Shown here in pieces: positions 1 to 10,914 of a stretch of DNA of 32,000 nt. A program made the translations under genes and the position numbers. How positions within the stretch are numbered: position 1 is the first letter of the stretch; every line of letters begins with the position of its first letter. The notes beneath the pieces are model-generated. The model searched no databases. It worked only from the letters and a program-made list of their open reading frames with translations, and was not told where the DNA came from. The stretch spans positions 1 through 32,000 of the forward strand of contig NZ_JHXR01000004.1 in the NCBI RefSeq assembly GCF_000621645.1, read 5' to 3'. Source of the DNA: Vibrio cholerae ATCC 14035 (GTDB lineage Bacteria > Pseudomonadota > Gammaproteobacteria > Enterobacterales > Vibrionaceae).

Positions 1-41
1 AGGTAGTTCACATCGCCAAAGACATCGGAGATTGATTTAAA

Positions 42-68
42 GGTTTAAAGCGGTTTTAAAGCCTTTTT
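42..68 (+). terminator. Putative rho-independent terminator of an unidentified gene entering from the left edge
   Basis: Hairpin ggtttaaa / loop gcggt / tttaaagcc (8 bp, one bulged G) followed by TTTTT. It lies just after an in-frame TGA at 33-35 that closes an open frame running in from position 1 (..VVHIAKDIGD*). That frame is too short to identify. Confidence 0.35.
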
Positions 69-157
69 GCGATGTGCGCTCTAATGCTCATTTCAATAGT
101 CTTAAAGTGAACTTTTAAAGAGGATTGCTCAAAACACAAAAGAATTGCTCAAAAGCC

Positions 158-200
158 AAAATACAAAGCGGGGTTTGAAGCTCACCACCTCAAACCCCGC
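158..200 (-). terminator. Rho-independent terminator downstream of the truncated transporter
   Basis: Perfect 11-bp stem gcggggtttga (168-178) / tcaaaccccgc (190-200) with an 11-nt loop. On the minus strand it is followed by TTTGTATTTT (167-158). Confidence 0.55.
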
Positions 201-279
201 GCCGTTCCTAGATCTTCTCTCTATTTTAGATCCCGAATGATCCCAAAATTTCCCGCCAAATCCCTATCTTTCTTTTTGT

Positions 280-852
280 TCATTTTTCTAGTCTCTTATC
301 AATGGTGTTCACCGCGTTGATCACTGGGTCACGTTTTTCTTTGGCTTGCTTAGAAATCGCAATGCCTAAAAACAGACAGAAAACCAAGATCTGTAGAATG
401 TTCGCTTCGTTCAGTGACTGGAAAACGTTGGTTGGGATCATACCAATGATGGTTGCCCAGAAAGTGGGGAGCTCACCTTGCGCAGCGTATTCAGAAGAGA
501 ACATGCTCTCTACACCAGAAACATCGACTCCGACACCCGGTTGGAACAGTTCACCCATGATCAATGCCAGAGCTACGGCGGCGGCAGAGGTAATAGCAAA
601 GTAACTTAACGTCACTGCACCGACCTTGCCAGCAGAATGGCTATCACCCAGACCTGCTGCATCAGAAATCAGTGCCACAGCCACCAGAGGAATCACCAGC
701 ATTTTGATCAGATTAATAAAAATCGCACCCAGTGGAGCAAATAGTGTCGCATCGTGACCCATTGCTGCACCGACTGCGGTACCCGCGAGCATGGCGATCA
801 CCACTTGCACGCCGATGTTGTTTAGTAAACCCTTTGTCTTTAACACTTCCAT
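280..852 (-). pseudogene. Truncated dicarboxylate/amino acid:cation symporter (DAACS, GltP/DctA-like); N-terminal half only
   Basis: The translation has a typical DAACS N-terminus (..LLNNIGVQVVIAMLAGTAVG.., ..ILQILVFCLFLGIAISKQ..). It stops after about 190 aa (207 from the track start), whereas the family is about 400-450 aa. The last about 6 codons (DKRLEK*) and everything to the left show no DAACS-like frame. The likely true start is ATG 852 (MEVLKTKGLL) with an AGAGG RBS. Confidence 0.6.
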
Positions 853-1124
853 AACCTCTGTGCTAATAAATTGTAAATTCCTAGTGTTAGCCACTAGTGT
901 CATATCACTAAATGGGCAAAAATTTTGCTCCTACTTTTTACACGGAATGTTTACATTTAGCAATAAGCACATCGAGCGTTTTCTCAATAGCGGAGTAAAA
1001 CGAGAGTAATTTGGCGTTTTTATCTGCAAAGAAAACGTTTGCTATTGATTTTGGTTATATGAAGTCTTGAATTGATTTTTGATTGAAATGTCTTTTGTTT
1101 AAGTGGAGTTGTTAATGAAATGAT

Positions 1125-1148
1125 GCGGCACACCAAAGGATGCGCCGC
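1125..1148 (-). terminator. Probable trp operon terminator hairpin
   Basis: Stem gcggcaca / tgcgccgc (1 mismatch) lies 20 nt downstream of the trpA stop. The minus-strand tail (ATCATTTCATT) is only moderately T-rich. Confidence 0.4.
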
Positions 1149-1167
1149 TGATTTAAGGTAATGTAAG

Positions 1168-1974
1168 TTAAATTTTTGTTGCTTTTTTCATGGCTTGAGT
1201 GAAGTTTGCCAGCTCAGTCAGCTGCTTAGCTGGATTATCCAAATGCGTTTCGATGATTTTTACCACCGCCGATCCGGAAATGGCTCCCGCTGCGCCAGCT
1301 TCAATCGCTTGTTTAACTTGAGCGGGCTCTGAAATACCAAAACCTAGCAGTGCTGGTGGCGCATCAAATTGTTGCAGACGTTCAAGCAGGGCATGCACAG
1401 GCATGTTGGCTTTGGTTTCAGCCCCAGTCACCCCAGCGCGCGAAAGCAAATAAGTGTAGCCTTTACCGAGTTGAGCAACTGCTCGTAAGGTTTCATCACT
1501 GGCCGTTGGTGGCGCAATAAAGATTGGTTGAATGCCAAATTTCTCTGCGGCCGCCACAAAAGGCTGGCTTTCGTTGGTGGGTACATCGGCAATCAGTACC
1601 GAATCCACGCCAGCTTTTTGGCAGCGTTGATAAAAATCGTCGATGCCGCGTGCGTAAACCAAGTTGGCATACATCAGTAAGCCAATCGGAGTCTCAGGGT
1701 TACGCGCACGGATCTGCGCGATCAGCTCAAAACAGATATCTGGCGTGGTTTTCGCCGCTAATGCACGTAAGTTCGCGCCTTGAATCGTCGGACCATCGGC
1801 CAGAGGATCTGAAAACGGCATGCCAAGCTCAAGCGCATCCGCTCCTGCATCAATCAGGGTTTGCATGATGGCGAGTGACTGCTCGGGGTTTGGGTCACCA
1901 ATGGTCACGAAAGGAACGAAAGCGCCTTGCTGAGCGGCGCTCAGGCGTTGAAATAGGGCTTGATAACGGTTCAT
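1168..1974 (-). CDS. trpA: Tryptophan synthase alpha chain
   Basis: 268 aa, colinear with E. coli TrpA (MNRYQALF.., ..[17 protein letters not shown]..). Its start overlaps the trpB stop (ATGA). Confidence 0.97.
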   Translation of the reverse strand: MNRYQALFQRLSAAQQGAFVPFVTIGDPNPEQSLAIMQTLIDAGADALELGMPFSDPLADGPTIQGANLRALAAKTTPDICFELIAQIRARNPETPIGLLMYANLVYARGIDDFYQRCQKAGVDSVLIADVPTNESQPFVAAAEKFGIQPIFIAPPTASDETLRAVAQLGKGYTYLLSRAGVTGAETKANMPVHALLERLQQFDAPPALLGFGISEPAQVKQAIEAGAAGAISGSAVVKIIETHLDNPAKQLTELANFTQAMKKATKI

Positions 1975-3164
1975 TACAACGCTCCTTTGTCTTCAAGTAA
2001 TTTGTGTACGGTGAAAATATCCTTATCACCTCGGCCCGAAAGGTTAACCACGAGCAACTGCTCTTTGTCTGGTTCGGCATACGCCATTTTGATTGCATGC
2101 GCGAGAGCGTGTGAAGACTCCAGCGCTGGAATGATGCCTTCGTTACGTGCCAACGCTTGGAACGCATCGAGTGCTTCATCATCGGTAATGCTTTCATATT
2201 CCGCACGACCAATGGCGTTGAGGTAAGCATGTTGTGGACCCACCGATGGGAAATCCAGCCCCGCAGAGACAGAGTAAGACTCTTCCACTTGACCATGTTC
2301 ATCTTGCATCAACGGTGCTTTCATGCCGAAGAAGATACCAGTTTTACCGTGTTTGAGTGGTGCACCATGTTGATGGGTATGAATGCCTTTACCTGCTGGC
2401 TCAATACCGATCAAACGTACGGATTCTTCTTCGATGAAATCGGCAAACATACCAATCGCGTTTGAGCCGCCACCGACACAAGCGATCACCGCATCGGGCA
2501 AACGACCTTCACGAGCAAGGATTTGGTTTTTGGTTTCTTCACCAATAATGCGTTGGAATTCACGCACTATGGTTGGGAATGGGTGAGGGCCTGCCGCAGT
2601 ACCGAGCAGATAATGCGCAGTTTCATAGCTGGCTGACCAGTCACGCAGCGCTTCGTTACAGGCATCTTTTAGCGTTGCTGAACCTGAATGAACAGGGATC
2701 ACGGTGGCACCCATTAAGCGCATACGGAACACGTTTGGGCTTTGGCGCTCAACGTCTTTTGCACCCATGTACACGCGGCATTTTAGGCCAAGCAGTGCAC
2801 AGGCTAATGCGGTTGCGACACCGTGTTGACCTGCGCCTGTCTCGGCGATAATTTCATGTTTGCCCATACGTTTGGCGAGCAGGGCTTGGCCCAAAACTTG
2901 GTTGGTTTTGTGCGCGCCGCCGTGCAGTAGATCTTCACGCTTCAAATAGAGTTTGGTTTTGGTGCCTTTGGTGATGTTTTGCGTGAGTGTCAGCGCAGTG
3001 GGGCGACCCGCGTACTCTTGCAGTAGGCTCATAAATTCAGCGCGAAAAGCATCATCCTGCTGGGCATCAATAAAAGCTTGTTCCAGTTGATCGAGTGCCG
3101 GAACCAAAATTTGTGGCACAAACTGCCCACCGAATTCGCCAAAATAGGCGTTTAATTTAGCCAT
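1974..3164 (-). CDS. trpB: Tryptophan synthase beta chain
   Basis: 396 aa. It carries the PLP-site region ..[14 protein letters not shown].. and GGGSNAIG, full length against E. coli TrpB. Confidence 0.97.
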
Positions 3165-3204
3165 GCTTACATTCCTTTCTTATGCATGTTGCCATGCTGA
3201 TAAT

Positions 3205-4614
3205 CTAATAATTCCGTAACTGTTGGAAAACCTGTTGTAACTGGTTGGCGTCTTTTTTACCCGGAGCGCTTTCCACGCCAGAGTTGAAATCGAGTCCGCG
3301 GCAGCCAAGTTGCGCCGCTTGGGCGACATTCTCGGCGCTCAAGCCGCCGGCGAGCATCAGGTCGCTATGTTTTGGCAGCAAGCGCCAATCAAAACTGCGT
3401 CCTGTGCCGCCACTCTGTTCGCCGACTTTGGCATCGAGCAGATGCCTATCGATGTGCTCTGGTAGTAGCTCAGGTAAAGCATCACTCACGCCATACGCTT
3501 TCCAAATTTCAATGGATTCTGGAAGGGAAGCGCGCAGTTCGCTTACATACGCAGAGTCTTCCTCACCGTGCAGTTGCACCGCAAATAAGCCAAGTTTGGT
3601 TGCAATATCGGCGACTTGTGCTGCTGGGTGATTTTGAAACACGCCGACATACTGTAGCGGCGCGCCGCTCATGGTCAGGCGAGCTTGTTCTACATCGACA
3701 AAGCGTTTGGACTTCTCAACAAAAATCAATCCACCAAAAACGGAACCGGCTTGGTAGGCTTTCACCGCATCATCAGGATGAGTCAAACCGCACACCTTAT
3801 GTTCACCTAGCACAATTTTTCGCACCGCCAGTTCAAGATTGCTTTGCGCCATCAGCGAGCTACCAATCAAGAAACCATTGGCAAATTCAGCCAAATCACG
3901 CACCTGCTGATGGGTATAAATACCGGATTCGGAAATAATGATGGTGCCTTGTGGAATGAGCGGCGCCAACTGCTTGGTGCGATTTAGGTCGGTGGTCAAA
4001 TCACGCAGATTGCGGTTATTGATGCCGATGACTTTCGCTTGCAGATCAACTGCACGTTTCAATTCTTGTTCGTTGCTGACTTCGGTGAGTACGCCCATAC
4101 CAAGGTCGTGCGCCACAGCAGCCAGTTCACGATATTGATCATCATTGAGCACAGACAGCATCAGCAAAATCGCATCCGCTTGATAATGACGCGCCAGATA
4201 AACCTGATACGGGTCGACCATAAAATCTTTGCACAAGACAGGCTGAGCCACTTGAGCGCGCACTTGCGGCAAAAACTCAAAACGACCTTGGAAATATTTC
4301 TCGTCAGTCAGTACCGAAATGGCACTGGCGTACTCGCCATACACAGAGGCGATGTAATCGAGATCAAACTCTTCGCGGATCAATCCTTTTGAAGGTGAGG
4401 CTTTTTTGCATTCGAGAATGAATACGGTGTTATCGCCGCTCAAGGCTTGATAGAAATCGCGCTCTGAGCGAGTCAGTAATGGATGAAAGCTAGCAAGAGG
4501 TTGCTTGGCTTTGCGCTCTTCAATCCATTGGTATTTATCGTTGACGATTTTGACCAGCACTTGCGCCATTTGCGCGGTTTGTACGGAAATATGCTCAGAC
4601 AACTGCTCGGACAT
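3205..4614 (-). CDS. trpC: Bifunctional indole-3-glycerol-phosphate synthase / phosphoribosylanthranilate isomerase
   Basis: 469 aa, colinear with E. coli TrpC(F) (..FILECKKASPSKG.., ..ISESGI.., C-terminal PRAI half ..KVCGLT..). ATG 4614 has a GAGG RBS inside the trpD 3' end. An alternative internal start is Met16 (4569). Confidence 0.93.
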   Translation of the reverse strand: MSEQLSEHISVQTAQMAQVLVKIVNDKYQWIEERKAKQPLASFHPLLTRSERDFYQALSGDNTVFILECKKASPSKGLIREEFDLDYIASVYGEYASAISVLTDEKYFQGRFEFLPQVRAQVAQPVLCKDFMVDPYQVYLARHYQADAILLMLSVLNDDQYRELAAVAHDLGMGVLTEVSNEQELKRAVDLQAKVIGINNRNLRDLTTDLNRTKQLAPLIPQGTIIISESGIYTHQQVRDLAEFANGFLIGSSLMAQSNLELAVRKIVLGEHKVCGLTHPDDAVKAYQAGSVFGGLIFVEKSKRFVDVEQARLTMSGAPLQYVGVFQNHPAAQVADIATKLGLFAVQLHGEEDSAYVSELRASLPESIEIWKAYGVSDALPELLPEHIDRHLLDAKVGEQSGGTGRSFDWRLLPKHSDLMLAGGLSAENVAQAAQLGCRGLDFNSGVESAPGKKDANQLQQVFQQLRNY

Positions 4615-4619
4615 TCTGC

Positions 4620-5618
4620 TTAACCTCGTTGTGCTAACTGCTGAACCAATCCATAGGCTTGGCCCGATTTCATCACGGCGATCGCTTGTTGGGTGTTGGC
4701 TTTCAGATCTTCTTGACCAAATAGACGCAGCAGAAGTGCAACGTTGACTGCCACTGCCGCCATTTGTGCTGCTGTGCCATTGCCCGTTAGGATCTGGGTG
4801 ATGATGGCGCGATTCTCTTCTGGCTCTCCACCACGGATCGCATCCAGTGGGTAACGGCTAACACCAAAATCTTCCGGAGTGAGCGTGTATTCAATCAATT
4901 CGCCTTGGCGAATTTCTGCTACTTGCGTTTCGCCATGAATCGCGACTTCATCAAGACCTGAACCATGCACCACCGCTGCGCGTTTCAGACCCATTTGTAA
5001 CATGGTTTGCGCAATAGGACGAACCAAATCCTTGCTGTAAACCCCCATCAATTCAATATTGGGACGAGCAGGGTTAATCAGGGGGCCTAAGATGTTGAAA
5101 ATGGTGCGAGTTTTCATGGTTTGACGCACCGGCATCGCATGGCGCACACCGCCGTGATACTGAGGGGCAAACAAGAAAGCGACACCGAGATCATCCAAGG
5201 CTTGGCGCGAATCTTGCGCGCTCATGGCAAGGTTGATCCCAAATGAGCTGAGCAGATCGGAAGAGCCGGATTTGCTCGATACCCCACGGTTGCCGTGTTT
5301 GGCGACTTTCACGCCACACGCTGCGGCGACAAATGCGGCGGTGGTTGAGATGTTGATGGTGTTTGAGCCATCGCCACCGGTACCGACGATATCGGCAAAG
5401 TCGTAATCAGGACGCGGAAATGGATTGGCGTTGGCGAGCAGGGCTTTAGCCGCACCCGCGATTTCATCTGGCGTTTCGCCTTTGATTTTCAGTGCAGTCA
5501 GTACCGCCGCCATCAATACAGGATCCATTTCACCGCGAATAATTTGGTCGAAAAGCTGTTGGCTCTCGGCTTGCGTGAGCCCTTGCTGTTCATAGAGTTT
5601 ATTAATAATGGTTTGCAT
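4620..5618 (-). CDS. trpD: Anthranilate phosphoribosyltransferase
   Basis: Contains ..DIVGTGGDGSNTINIST.. and ..KHGNRGVSSKSGS... I place the start at ATG 5618 (MQTIINKLYEQ) with a GGGAGAG RBS, 20 nt after the trpG stop. The track's longer ORF (5681) overlaps trpG and is rejected. Confidence 0.93.
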   Translation of the reverse strand: MQTIINKLYEQQGLTQAESQQLFDQIIRGEMDPVLMAAVLTALKIKGETPDEIAGAAKALLANANPFPRPDYDFADIVGTGGDGSNTINISTTAAFVAAACGVKVAKHGNRGVSSKSGSSDLLSSFGINLAMSAQDSRQALDDLGVAFLFAPQYHGGVRHAMPVRQTMKTRTIFNILGPLINPARPNIELMGVYSKDLVRPIAQTMLQMGLKRAAVVHGSGLDEVAIHGETQVAEIRQGELIEYTLTPEDFGVSRYPLDAIRGGEPEENRAIITQILTGNGTAAQMAAVAVNVALLLRLFGQEDLKANTQQAIAVMKSGQAYGLVQQLAQRG

Positions 5619-5638
5619 AACATTCTCTCCCTGTGCGG

Positions 5639-6244
5639 TTACGCGAATTGAGTCTGCGCTGGCGTTGAAGACAATGCCCAATCAATGGCATTGGCCAGCA
5701 AGGTAGCGCCGTGGGTGGTCATGATCGATTCTGGGTGAAATTGAAAGCCGCAGACTTTGTCAGCCTCATTAACCACCGACATCACGAGTCCGTTCACTTC
5801 TGCCGTCACGGTCAGTGCTGATGGAACTTGCGTGGCGACCAGTGAGTGGTAACGTGCGATCGCCAACGGTGAAGGGAGACCGCGATAAATCGCGTGGTTT
5901 TGGTGCTCCATCATCGATACTTTACCGTGGATGATTTCACCCGCGCCAGCAACCACACCGCCGTAGGCTTCCACGATGGCTTGATGCCCTAAGCAGATAC
6001 CAATCATTGGCACTTTGCCTTTCAGGCGTTGCAGCAGCTCTGGCATGCAGCCCGTTTCAGACGGCGCACCTGGCCCGGGGGATAACACGACCACAGGATT
6101 ATCCAGTTGCAGCAGCGCTTGCTCGATAGCATCCGCAGAAAGGTTATTGCGATAAATCGTGACCACGTGACCGAGTGAGCGAAACTGATCCACCAAGTTA
6201 TAAGTGAAGGAGTCAAAGTTATCGATAAACAGAATATTGGCCAT
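5639..6244 (-). CDS. trpG: Anthranilate synthase component II (glutamine amidotransferase)
   Basis: [20 protein letters not shown].. aligns to the E. coli TrpG domain. It has the class-I GATase triad region (..GICLGHQ.., ..FHPES..). It is a stand-alone gene, not fused to trpD. An alternative ATG at 6250 overlaps the trpE stop (ATGA). Confidence 0.93.
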   Translation of the reverse strand: MANILFIDNFDSFTYNLVDQFRSLGHVVTIYRNNLSADAIEQALLQLDNPVVVLSPGPGAPSETGCMPELLQRLKGKVPMIGICLGHQAIVEAYGGVVAGAGEIIHGKVSMMEHQNHAIYRGLPSPLAIARYHSLVATQVPSALTVTAEVNGLVMSVVNEADKVCGFQFHPESIMTTHGATLLANAIDWALSSTPAQTQFA

Positions 6245-6246
6245 GA

Positions 6247-7818
6247 TCATTCCTTCCCTTGATGAGCATATAAAATAGCGGAGATTACCGCTTGCGCCTT
6301 GCCGCGCGTTTCATCGGCTTCGGCTTGTGGGTCGGAGTCGTAAACGACACCCGCGCCAGCTTGGACTTGGGCGATGCCGTTTTCCACATAAGCAGAACGG
6401 ATCACGATACAGGTATCCAAATCGCCTTCACCCGTGAGATAACCCACCGCGCCGCCGTAGCTGCCGCGACGCGCTTGTTCCACATCGCGGATTAACTGCA
6501 TCGCGCGAATTTTCGGTGCGCCAGTCAGCGTGCCCATGTTCATGCAAGCTTGATAAGCATGCAGCGCATCCAGATCTTCACGTAACTGACCCACCACGCG
6601 CGACACCAAGTGCATCACATGGCTGTAGCGATCTACTTGCAGCAAGTCAGCGACATGGCGAGTACCGGCTTGGCTAATGCGCGCGACATCGTTGCGTGCT
6701 AAGTCAACCAGCATCATGTGTTCGGCGTTCTCTTTTTTATCGGTGCGCAGTTCAAGCTCAATGCGGCTATCGAGGTCAAAATCGATGCTGCCATCGGCGC
6801 GCTTACCGCGGCGGCGAGTCCCTGCAATCGGGTAGATTTCCACTTGGTTGGTGTGCATTTCATACTTGAGTGCGCTTTCGGGGGATGCGCCAAACAGGGT
6901 AAAGCGTTCATCTTGCATGTAGAACATGTAAGGGCTTGGGTTACTCTGTTTCAGCCGTTGATAAGCTGCGAGTGGTGAAGGGCAAGGTAAGCGAAAACGG
7001 CGCGAAGGCACAACTTGGAACACATCGCCTTTGACCACGTACTGCTTGAGGTCACGCACGATATCGCAAAATGCTGCATCGCTAATATTGGTGGTCACTT
7101 CCACATCAGATAAAGATTGCGCACTCGGCAAAGGCAATTTTTGATTCACTTGCGCACGAATTTCACGCATCCGGCTTTTGAGTTGGCTGTGCAGCGCATC
7201 GCCCGGTTGGAATTGGGTGGCTTGCAGTTGGCAAGTTTCACGCTGATGATCAATCACCATCAGAGTTTCTGCTACATAAAATACGTAATCAGGGCATTGA
7301 TTGTCGGCAGGTGCTTCACCGAGCGGTTCAAAGTTAGCCACTAAATCGTAGGCAAATAAGCCACCTAAAAACAGCGCAAATTTACCGTGGTCAGTGAGAT
7401 CAAAACTGTGCTGCACTAAACGTAGCGCATCGAAAGAAGACGCTTCGCGCAATCGTGAGTCTTCATCCAACGTATCACAGGGTGTAGAGAAGGTGAGGGT
7501 AAGTTTCGCTTTCTCTACTTTGCAAGGAATCCGATCAGTGAGGTTGCTATGAATGATGTTGAGCAGCGCTTGGCCGTTTGCACTGAGCGCATGATAGGTC
7601 ACTTGATGGCCTTCACACACAATGCGCACGGCAGCATCCACTAACAGAAGGCTCTTCAAATTTTGCTTGGAGTCGATTTCTGCAGATTCCAGTAGTAGGC
7701 AGTCGCTGCGCCCAGCGCAAAGAGCATGAAATAAAGCCGTAGGATCTTGCGTATAAGGCAATTCACTGTGTAGCACCTCAAGCGGCGCGGTTTTCTTTAT
7801 GTTGATGGCCTTATTCAT
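6247..7818 (-). CDS. trpE: Anthranilate synthase component I
   Basis: 523 aa with the chorismate-binding core (..LLESA.., ..[15 protein letters not shown].., ..GGAVGY..). Confidence 0.96.
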   Translation of the reverse strand: MNKAINIKKTAPLEVLHSELPYTQDPTALFHALCAGRSDCLLLESAEIDSKQNLKSLLLVDAAVRIVCEGHQVTYHALSANGQALLNIIHSNLTDRIPCKVEKAKLTLTFSTPCDTLDEDSRLREASSFDALRLVQHSFDLTDHGKFALFLGGLFAYDLVANFEPLGEAPADNQCPDYVFYVAETLMVIDHQRETCQLQATQFQPGDALHSQLKSRMREIRAQVNQKLPLPSAQSLSDVEVTTNISDAAFCDIVRDLKQYVVKGDVFQVVPSRRFRLPCPSPLAAYQRLKQSNPSPYMFYMQDERFTLFGASPESALKYEMHTNQVEIYPIAGTRRRGKRADGSIDFDLDSRIELELRTDKKENAEHMMLVDLARNDVARISQAGTRHVADLLQVDRYSHVMHLVSRVVGQLREDLDALHAYQACMNMGTLTGAPKIRAMQLIRDVEQARRGSYGGAVGYLTGEGDLDTCIVIRSAYVENGIAQVQAGAGVVYDSDPQAEADETRGKAQAVISAILYAHQGKE

Positions 7819-7894
7819 AAGACCTCCTTAACCATGATTCGATTGTGCACTGATCACCGCGTTGAGAAAGTAGCGAAACAGCAGTGATAGGTGG

Positions 7895-7931
7895 AAAAAA
7901 CCAATAAAAAGCCCGCTCAAGTTGGCGGGCT
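7895..7931 (-). terminator. trp attenuator (3:4 terminator hairpin plus U-tract)
   Basis: Minus strand: agcccgc-caacttga-gcgggct followed by TTTTTATTGGTTTTTT. It sits between the leader peptide stop and trpE. Confidence 0.85.
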
Positions 7932-7951
7932 AGGTGTGTGAGTATCTAAAC

Positions 7952-8062
7952 TTAGAAATACACGTGAGCCCACCAAGAACTTGTCCAAGTGCGCCACCAA
8001 GCCAGTTCAGCATCCGCTGGACTGAAATTGGGTTTATGGTTTGGGTTAAATTCTTGTAACAT
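7952..8062 (-). CDS. trpL: trp operon leader peptide (36 aa, 5 Trp codons)
   Basis: My own translation: MLQEFNPNHKPNFSPADAELAWWRTWTSSWWAHVYF*. ATG is at 8062 and TAA at 7954-7952. It is too short for the ORF track. It lies between the promoter/operator and the attenuator. Confidence 0.85.
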   Translation of the reverse strand: MLQEFNPNHKPNFSPADAELAWWRTWTSSWWAHVYF

Positions 8063-8093
8063 AGTGAGCCCTAACAGAGAGTCTTGCATTTGC

Positions 8094-9026
<933 letters not shown>

Positions 9027-9028
9027 CC

Positions 9029-9649
9029 ATGAGCCAGTTTTTTTATGTTCATCCTGAGAACCCTCAAACCCGCCTGATCAACCAAGCGGTCGCGATTATT
9101 CGCAATGGTGGGGTAGTGGTTTACCCAACCGATTCTGGTTACGCACTGGGCTGCCAGCTTGAAAATAAGCACGGGATGGAACGCATTTGTCAAATTCGCC
9201 GTCTCGACGATAAGCACAATTTTACGCTGTTGTGCCGCGATTTGTCTGAGCTTTCGCTGTATGCGCGTGTGGATAACACGGCGTTTCGTTTGTTGAAAAA
9301 CAATACACCGGGACCTTACACCTTCATATTCAAAGGAACCAAAGAGGTTCCGCGCCGTCTGATGAATGAGAAGCGAAAGACCATAGGTATCCGGGTACCG
9401 AATAACAAAATTGCCTTGGATCTACTGGAAGCGCTCGGCGAGCCACTCATGTCGACATCGCTGATCCTGCCAGGCAACGATTTTACTGAGTCTGATCCCG
9501 AGGAAATTCGCGATCGCTTAGAGCACGCGGTGGATGTGATCCTCAATGGTGGCTATTTAGGTCAGCAACCCACGACAGTGATTGATTTTAGCGACGATGA
9601 AGTGGTAGTGGCGCGTGTCGGAGCCGGTGATCCGACCCCGTTTCAGTAG
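9029..9649 (+). CDS. yciO: L-threonylcarbamoyladenylate synthase-like protein YciO (Sua5/YrdC/YciO family)
   Basis: 206 aa, near-colinear with E. coli YciO (MSQFFY.HP.NPQ.RLINQAV.., ..YPTDSGYALGC..). Confidence 0.92.
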   Translation: MSQFFYVHPENPQTRLINQAVAIIRNGGVVVYPTDSGYALGCQLENKHGMERICQIRRLDDKHNFTLLCRDLSELSLYARVDNTAFRLLKNNTPGPYTFIFKGTKEVPRRLMNEKRKTIGIRVPNNKIALDLLEALGEPLMSTSLILPGNDFTESDPEEIRDRLEHAVDVILNGGYLGQQPTTVIDFSDDEVVVARVGAGDPTPFQ

Positions 9650-9781
9650 TTGAATGAGGTGGCCGCGAATCGCTGACAAAACGGGTGCTTTTATCCACAA
9701 AATTTGCGATACTACGCGGCCGCGATTTTAACATCGCAACCCGTCATTCGACGTCTGAGAAGACGACACATAGGTAGATAA

Positions 9782-10747
9782 ATGAGCGAAAAGTTACAAA
9801 AAGTTTTAGCACGTGCTGGTCATGGTTCTCGTCGTGAGCTTGAAGCTCTGATCCGAGCTGGGCGTGTAAGTGTTAATGGCAAGGTAGCTGTACTGGGCGA
9901 ACGCCTAGAAGATGATAACGCTGTCGTGCGCATCGATGGACATGTTGTGTCTGTGAAAGCGCAAGAAGAGGTGATCTGCCGAGTTCTGGCTTATTACAAA
10001 CCAGAAGGCGAGCTGTGTACCCGTCATGATCCAGAAGGTCGCCGTACGGTATTTGACCGTCTGCCGAAAATTCGTGGTTCACGCTGGATTTCTGTTGGCC
10101 GTTTGGACGCCAACACGTCAGGTTTGCTGCTGTTTACCACCGATGGTGAACTGGCTAACCGTTTAATGCACCCAAGCCGTCAGGTAGAACGTGAATATCT
10201 GGTTCGCGTCTTTGGTGACGTGACGGAAGAAAAAGTTCGCAATCTCGTACGTGGTGTGCAGCTAGAAGATGGTATGGCGCGTTTTGAAGATGTGATGTAC
10301 GCCGGTGGCGAAGGCATCAACCATACTTTCTACGTGGTAATCAATGAAGGTCGTAACCGTGAAGTGCGTCGTCTGTGGGAATCACAAGGTACGACAGTAA
10401 GCCGTCTGAAGCGCGTACGTTACGGTGATATTTTCCTCGACAAAAAACTGCCTCGCGGCGGTTGGATGGAGCTTGATCTCAAGCAAGTGAACTACCTGCG
10501 TGAGTTAGTAGAACTGCGTCCAGAGAAAGAAACGGTGCTGAACATGGCGCCTGATGCCGCAACGCGTAAGCGTGAGCGTACCCGTAGCCAGAAAATTCGT
10601 CGTGCAGTACGTCGTCACGAAGAGCGAATTTCAGCTACTCCGGGTCGTAGTGGAAAAGCCCCTGCGTGCCGTAAGCCGGGTGGTGAATCGAGCACGCGCA
10701 ATAAAGTGGCTAACCAGCAACAAAGCTCGCGTAAGCCGCGCGGATAA
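9782..10747 (+). CDS. rluB: 23S rRNA pseudouridine(2605) synthase
   Basis: It has an S4 domain ([19 protein letters not shown]..) and the RsuA/RluB catalytic motif ..[14 protein letters not shown]... It ends in a long Arg/Lys-rich C-terminal tail. Confidence 0.92.
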   Translation: MSEKLQKVLARAGHGSRRELEALIRAGRVSVNGKVAVLGERLEDDNAVVRIDGHVVSVKAQEEVICRVLAYYKPEGELCTRHDPEGRRTVFDRLPKIRGSRWISVGRLDANTSGLLLFTTDGELANRLMHPSRQVEREYLVRVFGDVTEEKVRNLVRGVQLEDGMARFEDVMYAGGEGINHTFYVVINEGRNREVRRLWESQGTTVSRLKRVRYGDIFLDKKLPRGGWMELDLKQVNYLRELVELRPEKETVLNMAPDAATRKRERTRSQKIRRAVRRHEERISATPGRSGKAPACRKPGGESSTRNKVANQQQSSRKPRG

Positions 10748-10779
10748 GTGCCCGCCTTTCTTCGAGCGATGTCGCTTAT

Positions 10780-10811
10780 AAAAAAAGCCAGTCATGTTGA
10801 CTGGCTTTTTG
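10780..10811. terminator. Bidirectional rho-independent terminator between convergent rluB and cydC
   Basis: An A-run, then stem agccagtca / loop tgt / tgactggct, then TTTTT. Confidence 0.75.
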
Positions 10812-10860
10812 CTGTTTATTGTTTGAAGCTGTTTATTGTTTGAAGCTGTTTATTGTTTGA
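10811..10860. repeat. Tandem repeat, 17-bp unit x 2.9 (GCTGTTTATTGTTTGAA)
   Basis: Exact copies lie at 10811-10827 and 10828-10844, and a 16-nt copy at 10845-10860. Each unit holds two TGTTT(A/G) sub-repeats. Confidence 0.95.
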
Positions 10861-10914
10861 CATGGTGTTCTGCGCTGCATGCTTACGCCCCTCAGCGAAG
10901 AGAGGCGGGAAGCG

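Noticed and set aside
36-120. Five (C/T)TTAAAG motifs as a protein-binding array
   Set aside because: Three of the five are simply the two arms of the terminator hairpin at 42-68. The remaining two are insufficient. They are mentioned only as context in the left-edge finding.
221-283. 20-codon ORF (MNKKKDRDLAGNFGIIRDLK) overlapping the truncated transporter stop by ATGA
   Set aside because: It is too short, with no independent support. It is likely a by-product of the junction and is noted only within the left-edge finding.
1524-7344. Many 60-190-aa ORFs antisense to or out of frame with the trp genes (e.g. 1524-1868 +, 1895-2302 -, 3372-3938 +, 4039-4392 +, 6718-6978 +, 7117-7344 +)
   Set aside because: Each lies wholly inside a confidently identified trp CDS. 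The translations are low-complexity and Arg/Ser/Cys-rich with no motifs or RBS. These are typical shadow ORFs.
9661-9727. Direct repeat GGCCGCGA(A/T)T at 9661-9670 and 9718-9727 upstream of rluB
   Set aside because: Only 8-9 identical bases, with no associated structure or known site. This is within chance expectation for a GC-rich word.
10811-10860. Could the tandem repeat be a mini CRISPR array?
   Set aside because: The units are contiguous with no spacers, the 17-bp unit is too short, and there are no cas genes in the window.
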